Below are positions 24,786 to 39,200 of a DNA stretch of 64,000 nt, piece by piece. This DNA comes from Trichoplax adhaerens (taxonomy: Eukaryota; Animalia; Placozoa), in contig NW_002060957.1 of NCBI RefSeq assembly GCF_000150275.1, forward strand, positions 1,166,445 to 1,230,444, read 5' to 3'. Numbering within the stretch: position 1 is the first letter of the stretch; each line of letters opens with the position of its first letter. The notes beneath the pieces are model-generated. The model saw nothing but the letters and a program-made list of their open reading frames with translations, was not told the DNA's origin and ran no database searches. The translations under genes were made by a program, and so were the position numbers.

Positions 24786-25018
24786 GGCGAGAAGAAGTAT
24801 CGTAACGCTTATCAGATCGATTGCATATTTTAGTCACTTCCCCTTGTCTATAGGATCATTTGGAACTTTTTCTAAGCTTTTATAGTTTTTCCAACCCCCA
24901 ATTTATTGTTTGCAAGGTTGGAGGAGAAAAAAAAAGGAGGTTAAATCCGTCACAACAAGATTCCTCTTTTCTTATTCATACTCATCTTGAGTTACAAAGA
25001 GTTTATTACTATCCGTTC

Positions 25019-28000
25019 ATGGCGTCGTTGGCCACGAGGCCACACGGCGAATATATTCAACCATCGTTAGCGTCAACGTCGCAGGTAAGCCAGTCAACAA
25101 TAGTTTCATGTTCAATCTTATTTGATGGACAATTTCAATCCATCCTTCATTCCTTACCATGGGCATACCTTAGGTTAAGAGAAATCCCATCATGACTCCT
25201 CTGTCGTTCAATGAGACTCGGCTCCAAGTGATGCCAGTATTGAATTTTCAACGTCTGCATACAACTTTTTTTGGGGGGTGAAAAAAAAAAAGTTACTTAT
25301 TGATTGTCACTCATTATCATTTGTATTGTACTGTTTGTCGTAAGTGTAAATTTGGACTTTCGAGTGGAACGTGGCGGGACAACTTTGAACAGTTTGCTGT
25401 AGAAGGTAGAATGCAAGTGAATGCAGGCATGAGAATTGCACTTTGGTAAATGAGTGGACTTGCTTGAAAATGTCACTTGAAATCCATTGAGCATCGTCGT
25501 CTTGTACTTTTCCTTGTACTGGCCATGCCAGAGAGAGAGAGAGTATTTGACAACGTTGTCCGAGGTGCGATAGCGAGACAAGGGCGGTATACAACAATCC
25601 TTGTTGGTGCTATTCTATGACAACAGTCGTTTGTATAGCGCGTGGATGCGTCCTCTTCTAGTCGTATAGATCGAGCGCCCGCCCCAACATCAACAGCTGA
25701 TTACTAACCATAGTCAGTTGGATCCCCTACTTACTTGTACAATAAAATCGTCAACAAATAAAAAAATACCATGTCTTAAATCATTACAGAATGACATAGT
25801 TGAGAATAAACCGCTAAATGGAGCGTGAGATATTGTGTAAAAAACACGCTCAAAATGGACGAGTTTCCTGACAACGCCGGTCAGTCCCGCGTCAAGAACC
25901 CATCCCCGGTGTAGGCTTACTAGACTGTATCAGTGAGTGGATGGCGTAAATCGGTGCCGACATGCTGCTCGCCGATTGATTTTTTTTCCTTATATAAGCT
26001 CCAGAGAGTGTCCAACATTCCTTCGCGGATTGGATAACTAGAGGGCTGTCATGAAAAACCGTATTGCAGTAATAATAATGCTGGAGTGCTAAACATGAAA
26101 CATCCAGGATGGATTGAAGGGAGTAGAATCTAAACTGTGTACAGTTGGAAAGAAGGAGTGGCACGACGCAACGCGTTAACCATTCTCGTCTTCTACGATC
26201 AATTTACCGCTCCAAATTACAGTATAATGTCATAAAAAGACTGCCATAAGTAGAGAGTACATTCAAGAAACGAGCTCAACTCAAGGGCATGTTGTTTTCA
26301 CCTGCACTATTTTTACAACTTTGCTTGTTTTCCTTTTGAGGAAGGAGACAACGTCGTTGGATGGAAAGTGTGCAACAGAAATAGATACGTTGTGTGTGCA
26401 CTGTACAGTACACTATAGCCTGTATCATAATGATGAACAAGCAAAATAGGCAACGTTGACTGTTGTATTGGCATGGAGTTCCTCCCATCCCTCCTCCTCC
26501 TTCTCGTTCCTGCTCCTCCCTCTCCCTTCTTCTCTTTCAATCGGTTTTATCTTCTTTTCAATGCATTGATTGCCTAAAAGAGTCGGTCTTCTCAACATTA
26601 CCACCAAAGTGCTACACCAAACTTTTTTTTGTTTCGTAACTGTTGCACTGCTTCAGAATATCATTGTATTATCGACATTTTCCCCTCCTCTTAATTGATG
26701 TCTGCTGTTCATGTGCAATTGTGCATGTGGCTGTTACCGATGAGTCACTTCCATCTTGGAGATGGTTGCATTTAGCAACTTACAGCTATTTACAAGTTTT
26801 TCTTTGCGTTCATAATATTGTAAGTCGTGTCATGCCAGCAGTGAGATGACAACGATTAGGCAAGTTTCAATGGTGTAAGTTTATATAGAAATCGTAAGAG
26901 TTGTCTATCAATGGATCGGTCTGGATATCTCTCACATTTCATGCATGTTCTCCCAAATTGTCTCCAGCTGACATGTAAAGGGGTTTCAAATTTTTTTATC
27001 GTGTGTATTAAGAATTTGAGATGCCCTTGATGACAGACGTTATTTGTTTAGTATGTACCAATTTACCCATAGTTTGTCTTGACATGATACCTACGTACCT
27101 CTGACAGGGAAGTTCGAAAAATATCCACTTCTACAGGGTGGATAGGACACAGGTTGTACGAATGTTTAAAGTGGGTAGAGGAGTCGGGTAGACAGGCCTG
27201 ATTGAAATGCTCAGTCGTCGCTTTTATACCGATTAAAGTACTTTGCGGTACGACATCATCTACATAGAATTATGGGATCAATTCCAATTGACTGCAATGG
27301 ATCCGAACTAGGCTACGCTTCTAACTTGTGTAACATGGACTTTCCCTGATTGCCTACAAGTAAGGAGTCCTTACTTGTTTGAAATCGACACCGCCACGCT
27401 TCTTTCTACATTACAATTAGCTATCATAAGCAACGGTATCCTGCTACAAGTAATGTTATTCCTAGGCTGTTACACTACTCCAATTTCAATGTCGTATTCG
27501 ACAGTTCCCAATCAAGAATGTGCTTATTGATGAAGGCCTCTTAGCCGATCTTGCTGACCGACATTTCTGTCGCTGCATTTGTTGCCATAGAGAGACTCCC
27601 TCTAGGTTCACCGTCACGACGACCGGAAGTCCGTACTTCAGTTCGATCGTCACGTAAAAGCATTAGTCAAAGCGCGTTCCATACAGTACGTCTTGTCCAT
27701 CTGTCTGTCGACACCACTCTCTGTTGTCATTCTCAAAGCTTAGTCAAGAGTGATAGAATTTCCATGAAAACAAGACGAGTGAGTGATATCGTATAGAGTG
27801 TTCTGGTACACTACAGTGTACAGTACATTGTACCATGGTCCTGAAAAGCTTGAGTTTGCATTCTACATCTCTGAGACCGAATGTATGGTCTTGTATGAAG
27901 ATATTGATACTGTATCAGTAGCATGGTCTATGTACAATTGGACATGCAGAGTGGATACTGTAACTTTATCGTACTCTAATAAATGCGCGTTCACTGTACT

Positions 28001-31000
28001 AGCGATAGTAGACTGTATGATACCAGGGTCAAAAGTGGTAGAGAAGACACAAGAAACGATCGATTGAAAATTTCAAGCTGACGCATTGTCCTAATTACCA
28101 TGGATGCGGTGAATGTTCCATGCTCATTTTTGCTCATTTAGGACAAGGTGATGACATTGAAAGGATTTGCAACCTCTATCACACTTTTCGACCATTGATC
28201 CATGTTTAACGATCGAGTACTATTGCTGAAGACTACAGTGGGGCGTAAAGGGACGAGTGATTCAGTTTGACCGACTGCACTGGAATGCATGTACCCATTT
28301 TCCACTGGATAGTGAAGATTGAAAAGGTTGAGAATTAATTGATAATAATAATATTGCAAGTCAAGAAAAGGCCAAAGACGCTGCCCTTTTTTTATACTTG
28401 TCTTGACTGGACCGACTTGTCCTTCCTGCAATTGACTACCTTGGCAAGTAATGAATAAATCAAACTTATCTCGGGTACGATAACAGTCTTTTGAACACAA
28501 ATGCAAACTAATTTGACAATGATTTGACCGCGATCGTAGCCAAGGATCATCATCATCATCTTGTACCGACCACATCATTTAGGCATCCATCCCTCTTTGT
28601 ACTTTTAAAGTCAACCTACTGTACTACAAAAAATAAACCATCCTATTTTGATGTCAATACTTATCCTTTCGTTCCATTTTAACATCAATAGTCTGAACAT
28701 TTCATCGATATAGCGTGAATGATCGTATCCTTGCCTAGCAGCAAGGTTGATTTTTTGCAGCTTTAGCCAACTCGATGGCATGACTGTCTACGCCATAAAA
28801 TGCCCAAAACAGTAATGTCGCCTTTTGTGTACATTATTATCAATTAGTTGTATTTTGAATCGTTCATTTCCATTATGGATAGATAGTTTAATGAAAACAC
28901 CAATACAACTTTCAATCAATCAATTTGAGTTATGTGACTTCACTACATGATTGGACAGCTTATGACCCTTTCTCACTTTCATTTCGATAGCATTCGTGAC
29001 ATGATTTAATGAAGGTGCCAGTAGTTGACGCTCTAGAAATTGTAGTCTTACTCTTTTCTCTATTTTTAGTTTGCTGTTAAGCACTAGTACCTTAAAGTGT
29101 AACATTTTGCCTATATTATTGAAAACGAGTATATAGCAGCTACATAATCAATGGGCTATGATCAATCAGCCTTCTCATACGACATTTCAAGAATTAATCA
29201 GTGTAGTCATTTGTATGGAAAGAAGCGCATGATATAATAGAACTTGAGTAATTCATACAGAATCGATTTTTGCACATTGATTATCCAATCAAAGAAGATT
29301 TGTATTTTCTGCGACAATTAACTTCGACCGTCTGAATAGTAGTTGAACTATAAGTTAATTTCTGAAATGTTGATATGGTGCAGTAATTGGTGTAAGAGAA
29401 TTAATATCGAATATCACTGTTCATTGATATTGATTTGTTTTATCTTTACCCTTACAACAATAAAGGACGTACAACCTTCACCTTTGCAATTATTAGCAGC
29501 GACATGTAGTAAAATTGGTCAAGGACCAGAACAGCAACAACAACCGCAGCCGCAACAGCAGCAACAACAACAAGTTGCTGCTGTAGTAGTTCAACAGCAA
29601 CATCACCATTTACACCATCATCAACAAGCGCCACCGCCACCTCCGCAACATCATCATCATCAACGGCAACAGCATCAACAGCAGGTTACCGAAGTGCCAC
29701 CAGCCAATATGAATCAGAGAATAGCAAATAATGCACAAACTATTTCTAACGAATATACTAATAGCGCCGGTAATTGGAGCCATGAGACTACCTCCAATGC
29801 TCATACCAATAATTCTAATAATACAAATAATGGAAATAATGGCAACTCACCAAGAGATAGCAGAAGTAGTGTCGTAGTATCTTATCCTAACACGCATTTT
29901 AATGTAGCCAATGTTAATCCTAATCTACAACAAGCTGTTGCACCGTCTTTTTACAGCAATTATGATCCTAATGAGATGTATTATGCATCGGGCAATAGTA
30001 ACGCATTAATTAGAGTTCCAAATCCACCTAGTGGACACGTCCAACAACATAGGAATAATGTTAGCGGTGTCAGTAGTGGAGGTGTTAGTGAATCGCAATC
30101 ATCGCCGCATTATGTCGGTGGTATACAAACTAGTGTAAATGCAACTACGGTTGTAGCTGCATCTCATAATTATATCACAAATAAGGATGTTAGCGTTGTT
30201 ACTGTTGGTAATAGTGGTGGTAGTTACAATTGGCCTCAGAAAAGCAATAACGTTAACGACCAACAACAGCAACAACAACAACAACAACAGCAACAACAAC
30301 AACCACAACAGCAACAAGTGGCAACTGCACCATGGTTAGCACTTCGTTCAACTGCTTGGACCCCCAACAACGCAGCTCAGAATAATTCCTATGCAGTAGG
30401 TTATCACTCGACAGCCAATTTAGGCAATTTAGCACCATTGTCTCCAGTACCGCCTCATATGTCTGGTGCACCACCTAATCTACCACCCCATGGTAATTTT
30501 ATTAATCAGTATTATACACCAGATGCCAATGCAGCACCGAACGCTAATCAAGTACTAAATTATCCGCCAACTGTAACACCAGATGTCTCGCAAGGTCATC
30601 AGGTCACTAATCCTCCGCAAGCGCCCGGAAGCAATAAAAAAGTAAGACGTGTTGCATGTTGCTGCCCAAATTGTCGTAATCCAGATTATAAACCACCTCA
30701 GGGTGGCAAGAAAATGCACGTATGCCATTATCAAGGTTGTAGTAAAGTCTACGGTAAAACATCTCATTTACGCGCACATCTTCGCTGGCACACTGGAGAA
30801 CGACCTTTTGTTTGTAATTGGTTATTTTGTGGTAAAAGATTTACTCGCTCAGATGAATTGCAACGACATCGGAGAACTCATACAGGAGAGAAAAAATTTG
30901 CATGTCAAGATTGTGGTAAACGTTTCATGAGAAGTGATCATTTATCGAAACATGTGAAAACACACAATAATACCAATTCTAAAAAGGGTTCTCAACACCA

Positions 31001-31109
31001 AGGTAAACAAACAGCTGGCTTGCAACCGAAACATGAATTACCAGATCAAGCCGCCACTTTAAGGCGTCAAAATATATCTTCAGGCGACCAAGGGTCATCA
31101 GAATATTGA
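25019..31109 (+). CDS. Sp-family C2H2 zinc-finger transcription factor, Sp1-4 class; exons 25019-25084 and 29466-31109 (~569 aa)
   Basis: Exon 1 [22 protein letters not shown] ends in CAG|GTAAG and joins in phase 0 to [18 protein letters not shown] (Sp box). Q/H-rich region, buttonhead box [11 protein letters not shown], three Sp-type fingers. HLRAH, QRHRRTH, EKKF and RRVAC resemble Sp1-4 more than Sp5 or Sp6-9. The ORF-track start at 29343 is intronic. Confidence 0.93.
29531..30317 (+). repeat. Coding CAA/CAG/CAT trinucleotide runs (poly-Q, poly-H) in the Sp gene
   Basis: Imperfect CAA/CAG tracts at ~29533-29684 and ~30261-30317. Confidence 0.9.
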
Positions 31110-34100
31110 AACCTGGAGTCATTTTGATACGTAAACAATTTTTCACTGACTATATTTTTTAGCTTAAACATAGCACTTTATTTCCTTGATGTAATTTTTT
31201 TGTTATTATCTCGAATGCTTGTACGCACCTTTAGTGAAGAAAAATCACAACGATTGTTATGGTAAAGTGGAATTATTACAGTAATTGATTGTTCATAATT
31301 ACGAATAATTACAGCTACTGATCCAAACAATGTCACTGTTTTCTAACGGTAATACCGTAAGTTACTGTGAAGTAGTCATATTGAAAAAATCAAATTGGGA
31401 TAGACAATACTTAGCTGCTACTTGAAAAGGAATCTTAAACGCGTCAATTTTGAGATATAGCGTATTAAATTTTTATTCTTGTTTTATTTAATATAACCTT
31501 TTTACATACATCTTTTCTCAAATTTTAATGCTAAAGCTTGACTTGATTTAAATTAGATAATGGATACTTGTGAACGTAATATACGTATGTCTACTGCTGT
31601 CAATGCAAGGGAAATTAATATCATTTCATAAACAATGTTTTTCCGTATCAAATTGAAACATTGCTAATGTTGCACGAATTTTTCTAAATGTAATAGCAAC
31701 TGTACATCATGTGCATGATATTTGGTATAAATCTATTTTACGTACGTTTACGTTGATATTCTATTACGTTTCACCTTCAATATTCATCATGTTTAATTTA
31801 TTGATAAATATAGACGTGTACACATTAATTCACATTAGTAATTTCGTGTTAACATGTAGCCGTGTGGATGTGTTCGATTGTGTGTTAATGTACATATGTG
31901 ACCGCAGTTATGGAACCTCACTGCAACGTATTATCGTCACTTATGGTAGTATTGGCACTTTCGATCAGTTCAATTTAATGGCAATCTTAGTTCAGTAGCT
32001 TGTGCAATGAGACCGAAGGACCTTGCAAAATCTTTTTTGTAACCGTTGTTATACACTATGTATCTACATTTTAACTGTATGGTTCTTAACGTTACAATGG
32101 ATAGCGTTTTATTTGTACTTCTGAATTTATTTTAACTCAATTCTTCTACTTAAGAGTATAAAGTTAATCAGCACTTCCCAAATTGATATCGCTGTTGTTT
32201 TGGATTATAGTTAATAGTCCAGTGTTGCTTTTAGTTTTAATATGTCAACTTTCTGTTTTGTTTTGATGGATGAATTATGGATATCGGATGTAAGCGTCTA
32301 TCAATGCTTAATGGCGTTGCTGTTGATTCTGCAAAGGTGGATGTTAAGTTCAGCTTTTATTATTTAAAAACGATATTGGAGCTTTTGGCGAAAAATTTCA
32401 GTGAGTTGAATCGATGTTTTATCGGAACTATAAATTCATTACTACAAATGTTTTATGATACGTTCTTTCAACGCTCTTTTTTACTTAATACATATATATG
32501 CGATATATATGGAACGTGCATATATCCCGTAACACATATACCTAAAACTATATATAAAATAATGTCTAAAATAATCAAAATGTTATTCTCGAATGTTGGC
32601 TTGTTGTTATTTGTTTAAAAACTTAGGATTGTAACATGATGACAAATCTATAGTTACAGTAAATGAGAACCTTACATTGGTGGTTATAGCCTGTATCGTT
32701 CAATTAACATTGGGAATTGCACTTTGAATTACTGATGACAACTTACTTTGACAACTGATGTTGTCGAAGATTCAAGTATATGTTTGCTTAATCAGGTTGT
32801 TGACTGGGTCTTGGAGGAATACGTGCAATTAAAAAGCGTCCTCAGTAATGATATTTCGTTTTTTATGTTGGTAAAGAAACTACGGAGAGATTAATTGTAG
32901 ATCATTTACAATAAATGCTTAAAGTATCAGAAAAAATTTAATAAAATAATAACTTAAAGTGAAAATATTGTCGCAGTATTTATGGCTCAAGATGAGTACC
33001 GTAGAAGTTAACAGTGTGCGGTCTCGTATGATTGTTGCGTGCAGTGGTATCTTTAGTACTACACTAGGGACTGATCTATAAATGGGCAATAGGACAAGGT
33101 CATCGCATTGCAGCATCATCAATAAAATTAACTGACATCCTGTAATATCATTAATATAGAAAAGTAGATGATTATTATGGTAACTAAGAAAGGTGATAAA
33201 TACATATGCTACTATATCGCTGCGTTGTTGTTTCATTAGTATAATATAATTTATTATTATTGTCCGTGATGTGCAGGTATCAAGAGCAGAATTATATACT
33301 AACATTGTGTCGTAGAATGTGGCTGGTATACGGTCTAATAACAGTGGTAGCAATTACTGTCCATAACTGACTAAGTACTTAGTCGAATATCGCATACAAG
33401 TACACGTATTAACAACTTCTGAGTATAAAGCTAGTCATAAGGATAGGAAAAATTTAACTGATGATTAACAAATTATACATGTACGTATTCGCATTTAGGG
33501 CAAAAATTATTAGTAATCGGAAAAGGAAGACATACGTAATCAAATTTTATTTATTTTCTATAACGTACTCGGGTATAAAATCAATTGTATGATCCTGTAA
33601 TATATCCCCAGAACTTTCATCAATTATGTATATTTTCGAATATACAAGAAGATACAGTTTTTGCTTACATTATTTACAATATCTATAGGTGATATGGGTT
33701 TAGATACATTATTGAAAGAGCTTGTCTATATCATTTAGATACAGAATATGAATGAGATTCTGATAAAGACGTTTCCACATCATAGTAACTGTACAGCATA
33801 ATAGGATGGAGTTTAGAGCATTAATTAAAGGTTAATTTTGCAACTAGCTATCATTCTAAAATACCAGTTTCACAAATTTAAAAATGCCAATCTAACAGAA
33901 CTATTCACATATGTTTCATTACACGCTTCGATTTCAATTCTAATAAATATTTCCATTGCTAAAAATTTTATCGTAGTTTTTCTTGAATTTAATGTTAATG
34001 CTTTTCAACGTACAGGCAATTGGTAGATTAGGATATTTTGATAACTTCTTGTGTTTTGCTAATATATAGACACTGATACCATCTCTAACAGATTGATAGT

Positions 34101-36231
34101 TATAACAAAGAGATTAAGAATTAGTTAAAAATTGAGATAATGCACGTTACGAGCTCATTAAGTTTTCTACAAATCAAATCGTTATAGTCTTTAATATTTT
34201 AATTTGTGGCCTTAAAATCACGATTAATATTTTAAGCCAACATATTCGTGCGCTATCTTAAGACTAGACCTGAGAAAGGTTGGATCAGACCTATAGTCAT
34301 GACTTTGAGATCAATAGACTACTTCAATAGCTAATTAACTTATAATTATCAGCTCATTATGATTTTATATGTTAAGACTTTCAATTGCCGATTTTCTTAA
34401 GTAATGATCGCAGTAGCCCTAATTGGCAATTAAAATTTCTAATTAAAAGTAAATCGTTCTATGTGGCCTTCTGCTATTATCAACTAATGAATCCAATCTC
34501 TAATAGAATCTTGGTGAAAGGAAAAGCATTTTCGTTTACAATTCATTCTAAAAGTTACTAACCTGAACTTACTAATCAATGCGACCTACCTAGTACAAAT
34601 TAAATCCATAATTGAGGGGCTAGTAAATAATGCTAACTTGCAATTCGGCCATGTGTATTTCACCAGCTTATTCCATTGCCTTTAATAAAAAAATAATCCA
34701 ATAAGCGAAATAAACAGTTATTTTAATAATCATTGTTAGTTTGCATTTGTACTTTAATTATATTGTGACATGAGTATATCTGCCGAATCATTTATTGCTA
34801 CTGATAGCTGCTATTTTCAATTGAGATTAAGGTTCAATTTTAATTCATGTCATATCGTAAATTGTTTTTTGCTAACTAAATATTATAATACCAGTGGAGA
34901 ACTGTCAAGACAGAAGACGTATCAAATAGTCTATTCAAAAATAATAATTAACCTGTATTCCGTCAAGATTGAATCCCTTTTGATAGTTTAATTTTCTACG
35001 AAAAGGATGAACAAATTTTAAAGACCTTAGTAACAGTTCGTTCTACATCTTTTCATACAAGAAATCAATCGTCTAAGCAATGGAATCGAAAGCATCTTTT
35101 TAAAGGATTTTAATTCACAATCTCCAGCTCATTAAGGCATCATCAGTTCAGATTATTTATTGTTATCGATAATTGATGATGTCTAATGTGTCCAAATGAT
35201 ACTGATTTCTTTCCATTTCTTTTTCATTGCATATCATAATCTGCTTTAGAAAACTAATTGATACGGTATCAAATCGATTAATAGTCCCGACAATAATGTC
35301 AGCAATCTATTGAAAAAGTTTATTAACCTGTAATTACCTTATTATTAAGACCTTATCAGTGGAGATTATTCATGGCCGTAGATAAAACTAATTTGATCAC
35401 TGATATTTGAATCCAGTCCGTTAGATAAGATCATTATTGATTCAATTATTGGCCGACTACTGGCTATCGAAATGTATTGGGGGCAAATTCGCTGGAAGAA
35501 TTAATCAAGGCTCTTTGTTATGAATTGATATCGATCTCGATTTATATTATAGGAACTTACAGATTAAATTACCACCTAGGGGAAAATAATAATATGAACT
35601 AGAGATCATCATCATGATAGAGGTGGAGCGAAATTCAATTACATTATACTGGCTTGTGTCTCATTGGTTACAATATTGACAAATTAACTGCTTGTTATTG
35701 GTAGATCAATATCAATATGTCAATTATAGATTTGCAATATAGATAGTTGATTCTAATAGATAAAATTGAATGGAATAAAGTAATTTAGATCGTTGGCAAA
35801 AAGATGCATTAACAAAACATTCTTCTCCAGGACAATACAATAAGAGATAGCTTGAGCAGTCACTATCCTGATGTTAGTTTAAGAAGGTTCAAATTTGAAA
35901 AGGAAAAATCAACAAGGATAAAATAGCCGACAAAGCAAAGGGGATTTGATCTCCTCCCTTAATTTAAATAAAGGTGACGCCATCGTTAGCTTTCCTGACT
36001 GACTTCAGTATAGCAAGGAAAGCAAATCAGACTGTCGCATTGCTGCAGTTCAGTCAAGGAAGCAGAAAATTGGTGAAAACATAAATACCTTGCAACCGTT
36101 GGTTCATTTTTTATCGTTATCTTTCTTCTTGATTACCCCCATCGGTATCCTCGATAATAAATCAAATTAAGTGATATATTGCTATCAAAATTGAATTGGA
36201 TCCTCTTTAAATAGATCACTAACTTGCAAAG

Positions 36232-39200
36232 ATGAAAAGGAGAGAATCGGAATATGTAAGTTTTATTTTACGCTGTTTCTTTTGCTGTGAAAGATGGAGT
36301 GATAATCCATATCTGCATTGGGTGAACAATGCTTTCGCCTGTATTTTTACTCAAGGGAATGAAATTTGCTGTATTCAATCTTTAAATATAATCATCTATC
36401 TTCTCCCTTTGGATGAGCTAGAAAACAGAAAGATAAAACACAGCTAGATAGATAGGATTTGATCAGTTCTTTAATTCTCTTCGTTCATCGGGATCTATTT
36501 TTATCCTCTAAACTCATACACAATTACTCTTTGCCTTACGATTTTTTTTATTCTACTGCGCTTTCTAATCGACAGTAATAAATATTACTATTCTGATTGA
36601 GGTATGAAGATATATTCTACTCTATCCACAGTCTTAGAGAGCTAATGATGGGTTATTTTGTGATATCGGTATATTTAGTCAACAGAAACTGGATTATAAT
36701 CCCTTTGATATTCAATTTCGTGTATAGGAATGAGTCATCTATACTTGAGATATCTCTACAATTATCCTATTCAGATAATAATAAATCTTGTGGTCTCCGA
36801 TTTTAATAGATGAGTGTAGTTTACATGCCATTGAAGGTTATTCAACTATCTTTAACTTGATCTATAGCTACTTATTTCGGACTAGGTAGAGCAATATATC
36901 GAAGGAACTTGATAGAATAATGCTATTCAAGTAATTTACTTTCACTAATGGGGTAGAAACAGTAAATTTAATATTGTAGTAGCTCATTAGCCGGTACAAT
37001 ATATAATTTTCTATAACATTGAATTTCCTTTAGTCTAAAGTACTACATAATTAATTGCGTTTTAAATCGATTTACCAGTAAATACCAAGTTAGTACCGGT
37101 AATAATCGTCCTTGAAATTAAATCATTCCTTAATTTCAGGTCTGATGGGGATTATAACATAGAGTTGGGACAATTCTAGTTACTGTTTTATCTGTGCAAT
37201 GTACAGTAGCATTATCTGATTTATGGACTAGTTGGCTATGGTATAACAGTATTTCATCTTGTTTCCTTTAGCTGTAATGATTAAAATTTTTAGATACTAT
37301 GTCAATCTATTTAGATTAACATAGTATAAATTCAATTTATTTCAAACGGCTTGATTATTCCGTGACTGAAATATATCCAAGTAAAGATTCTTAAAGGCTT
37401 ATTAGTGATAGAATTAAAATTTATCTTTCCTATACCAATTTTCTTACTCTAAAGAACGCAACATGCATATTATAAATTTAGCTTAACGAGTACATGGATT
37501 AATATTGGGCTTGTGCCGAGCAGAATAATATTATTTCTAAAGCATTGATCACTTTCTGACCGACATAGTTCTAAAATAGACTCTTTAATTTCAACTTTCT
37601 TCAAAATATCGGCACCTTCTATTGCTTGGTACTGCATGATTCTAGTGGATAATTATAATTGATTACTTCGATTTTCTGATCTTTCATATTGGCTATTATT
37701 TGTTATCCATTCTAGTGCTAATTATTCTACAAATTCTTAAAAAAATAAAATATTTGCGCAGTATCGTTCGACAAGCTCTAAATCTGATGATTTCAATTTT
37801 GACTTTATTGCTACATTTGATTAGAACGTCCAAGAAGAACGCCGAACTCGCTCGAAATCGAAACGCACTATTATATGGATAGTCATTGCCCTTACCATTT
37901 TAGCGATAATTGCAACCGCAGTTGCGCTAGTAGTCGTATTGAGAGGTAAATTATTTCTACCTTGTATTTGCATGCGACATATAATTTTTTTGCTTGCAAA
38001 GTGATGTAAATACAAGTACTAGACGCAGAAATAGGCATTGTATCGCAAGCCAATATAGAAATAAGAATAGTATAGCGTAAGAAAATATTTCATGTTAGTA
38101 AAGGTGCGCTCAAAATACTATGAAATATTGCAATGCTGCGTACAAACGAAAAAATTATTGTAGTTTCTTTTGTAAAGATGAAAATAACGGCTAATAGCTT
38201 GAGGTACAGAACTGGACTACTTCTATGAAATATCATATCATAAGCAAATAATTCGCATGGTTAAGGAAGTAGCTTAAATAATCTAAACTAAGGAAATAAA
38301 TTTATACGTAAATGAAATTATTATACAGGCTAGAAAATAGAGTAAAAAATTATCAAAGTGAACCGAATCTTAGACAGATGAAAGTCAATTGAGTAAAGAT
38401 GATATATCATATACTGTGTCTAAGAATATAGTCGGTTAATATCCTGAAATTTTGATAACTTTATGGAGATAAAATTATAGGAATAGAAGCGAATATTAAG
38501 TATCCTACTAGCACAAGATGAGCAAGTATTTTATACAGATGAAAGATAATAATTCTAGGAAATCTTGTACATGTATAATATCTGTACGGGAATATATTTG
38601 AACAACTTGAAGCTTTAACTGTAAATGAATATACCGTAGTCCATGAAAATCTTGTACAATTAAGAATAGAATCAAATATTGTATGCATTGAGAATATCTA
38701 ATTAGTGGAACATTATCAATCAACAGATCAACTGACAAACAATAATCAATCAACGCAACCTGGCTTTAGCTATGAAGATATGTTTAGTTCTTTATACCAA
38801 TATCAAGGCTATGATGTCTTCTGGCATGATGGTAAGTTATTTTACAGTTATCCAAGACTCTTTTATTTGTTCTGATAGTTTCTATCACTATTACTAATGC
38901 GTTGATGAATGTAAATGAAATTGTCCTATAGATGAAATTTATTCTTATAAAACTACTGGTGGTGATGTTCGTAGTCATAACTCCAAAACCACTAGTACAC
39001 AAAATGTCATTACGCGAGCCTCATTGGTAAGATTATTTACATTTTAAATGCATACTAATGGTGCAATAAAGAGTGGATCGATTTTTTAATTTAATCTGTT
39101 TTATCTATCCAGAGCTTGTACTCAGCTACGAAGACTTGGGTTAGCCCTGATCGTCAATTTGTCTTGCTAGCTTATGATGTCGTTCAGGTAAGATTTGCTT

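Noticed and set aside
29343-29465. N-terminal 41 aa of the 588-aa ORF in the track
   Set aside because: It starts at TTG and reads through AT-rich intron sequence. An AG acceptor at 29464-29465 and the phase-matched exon at 25019-25084 give a better model.
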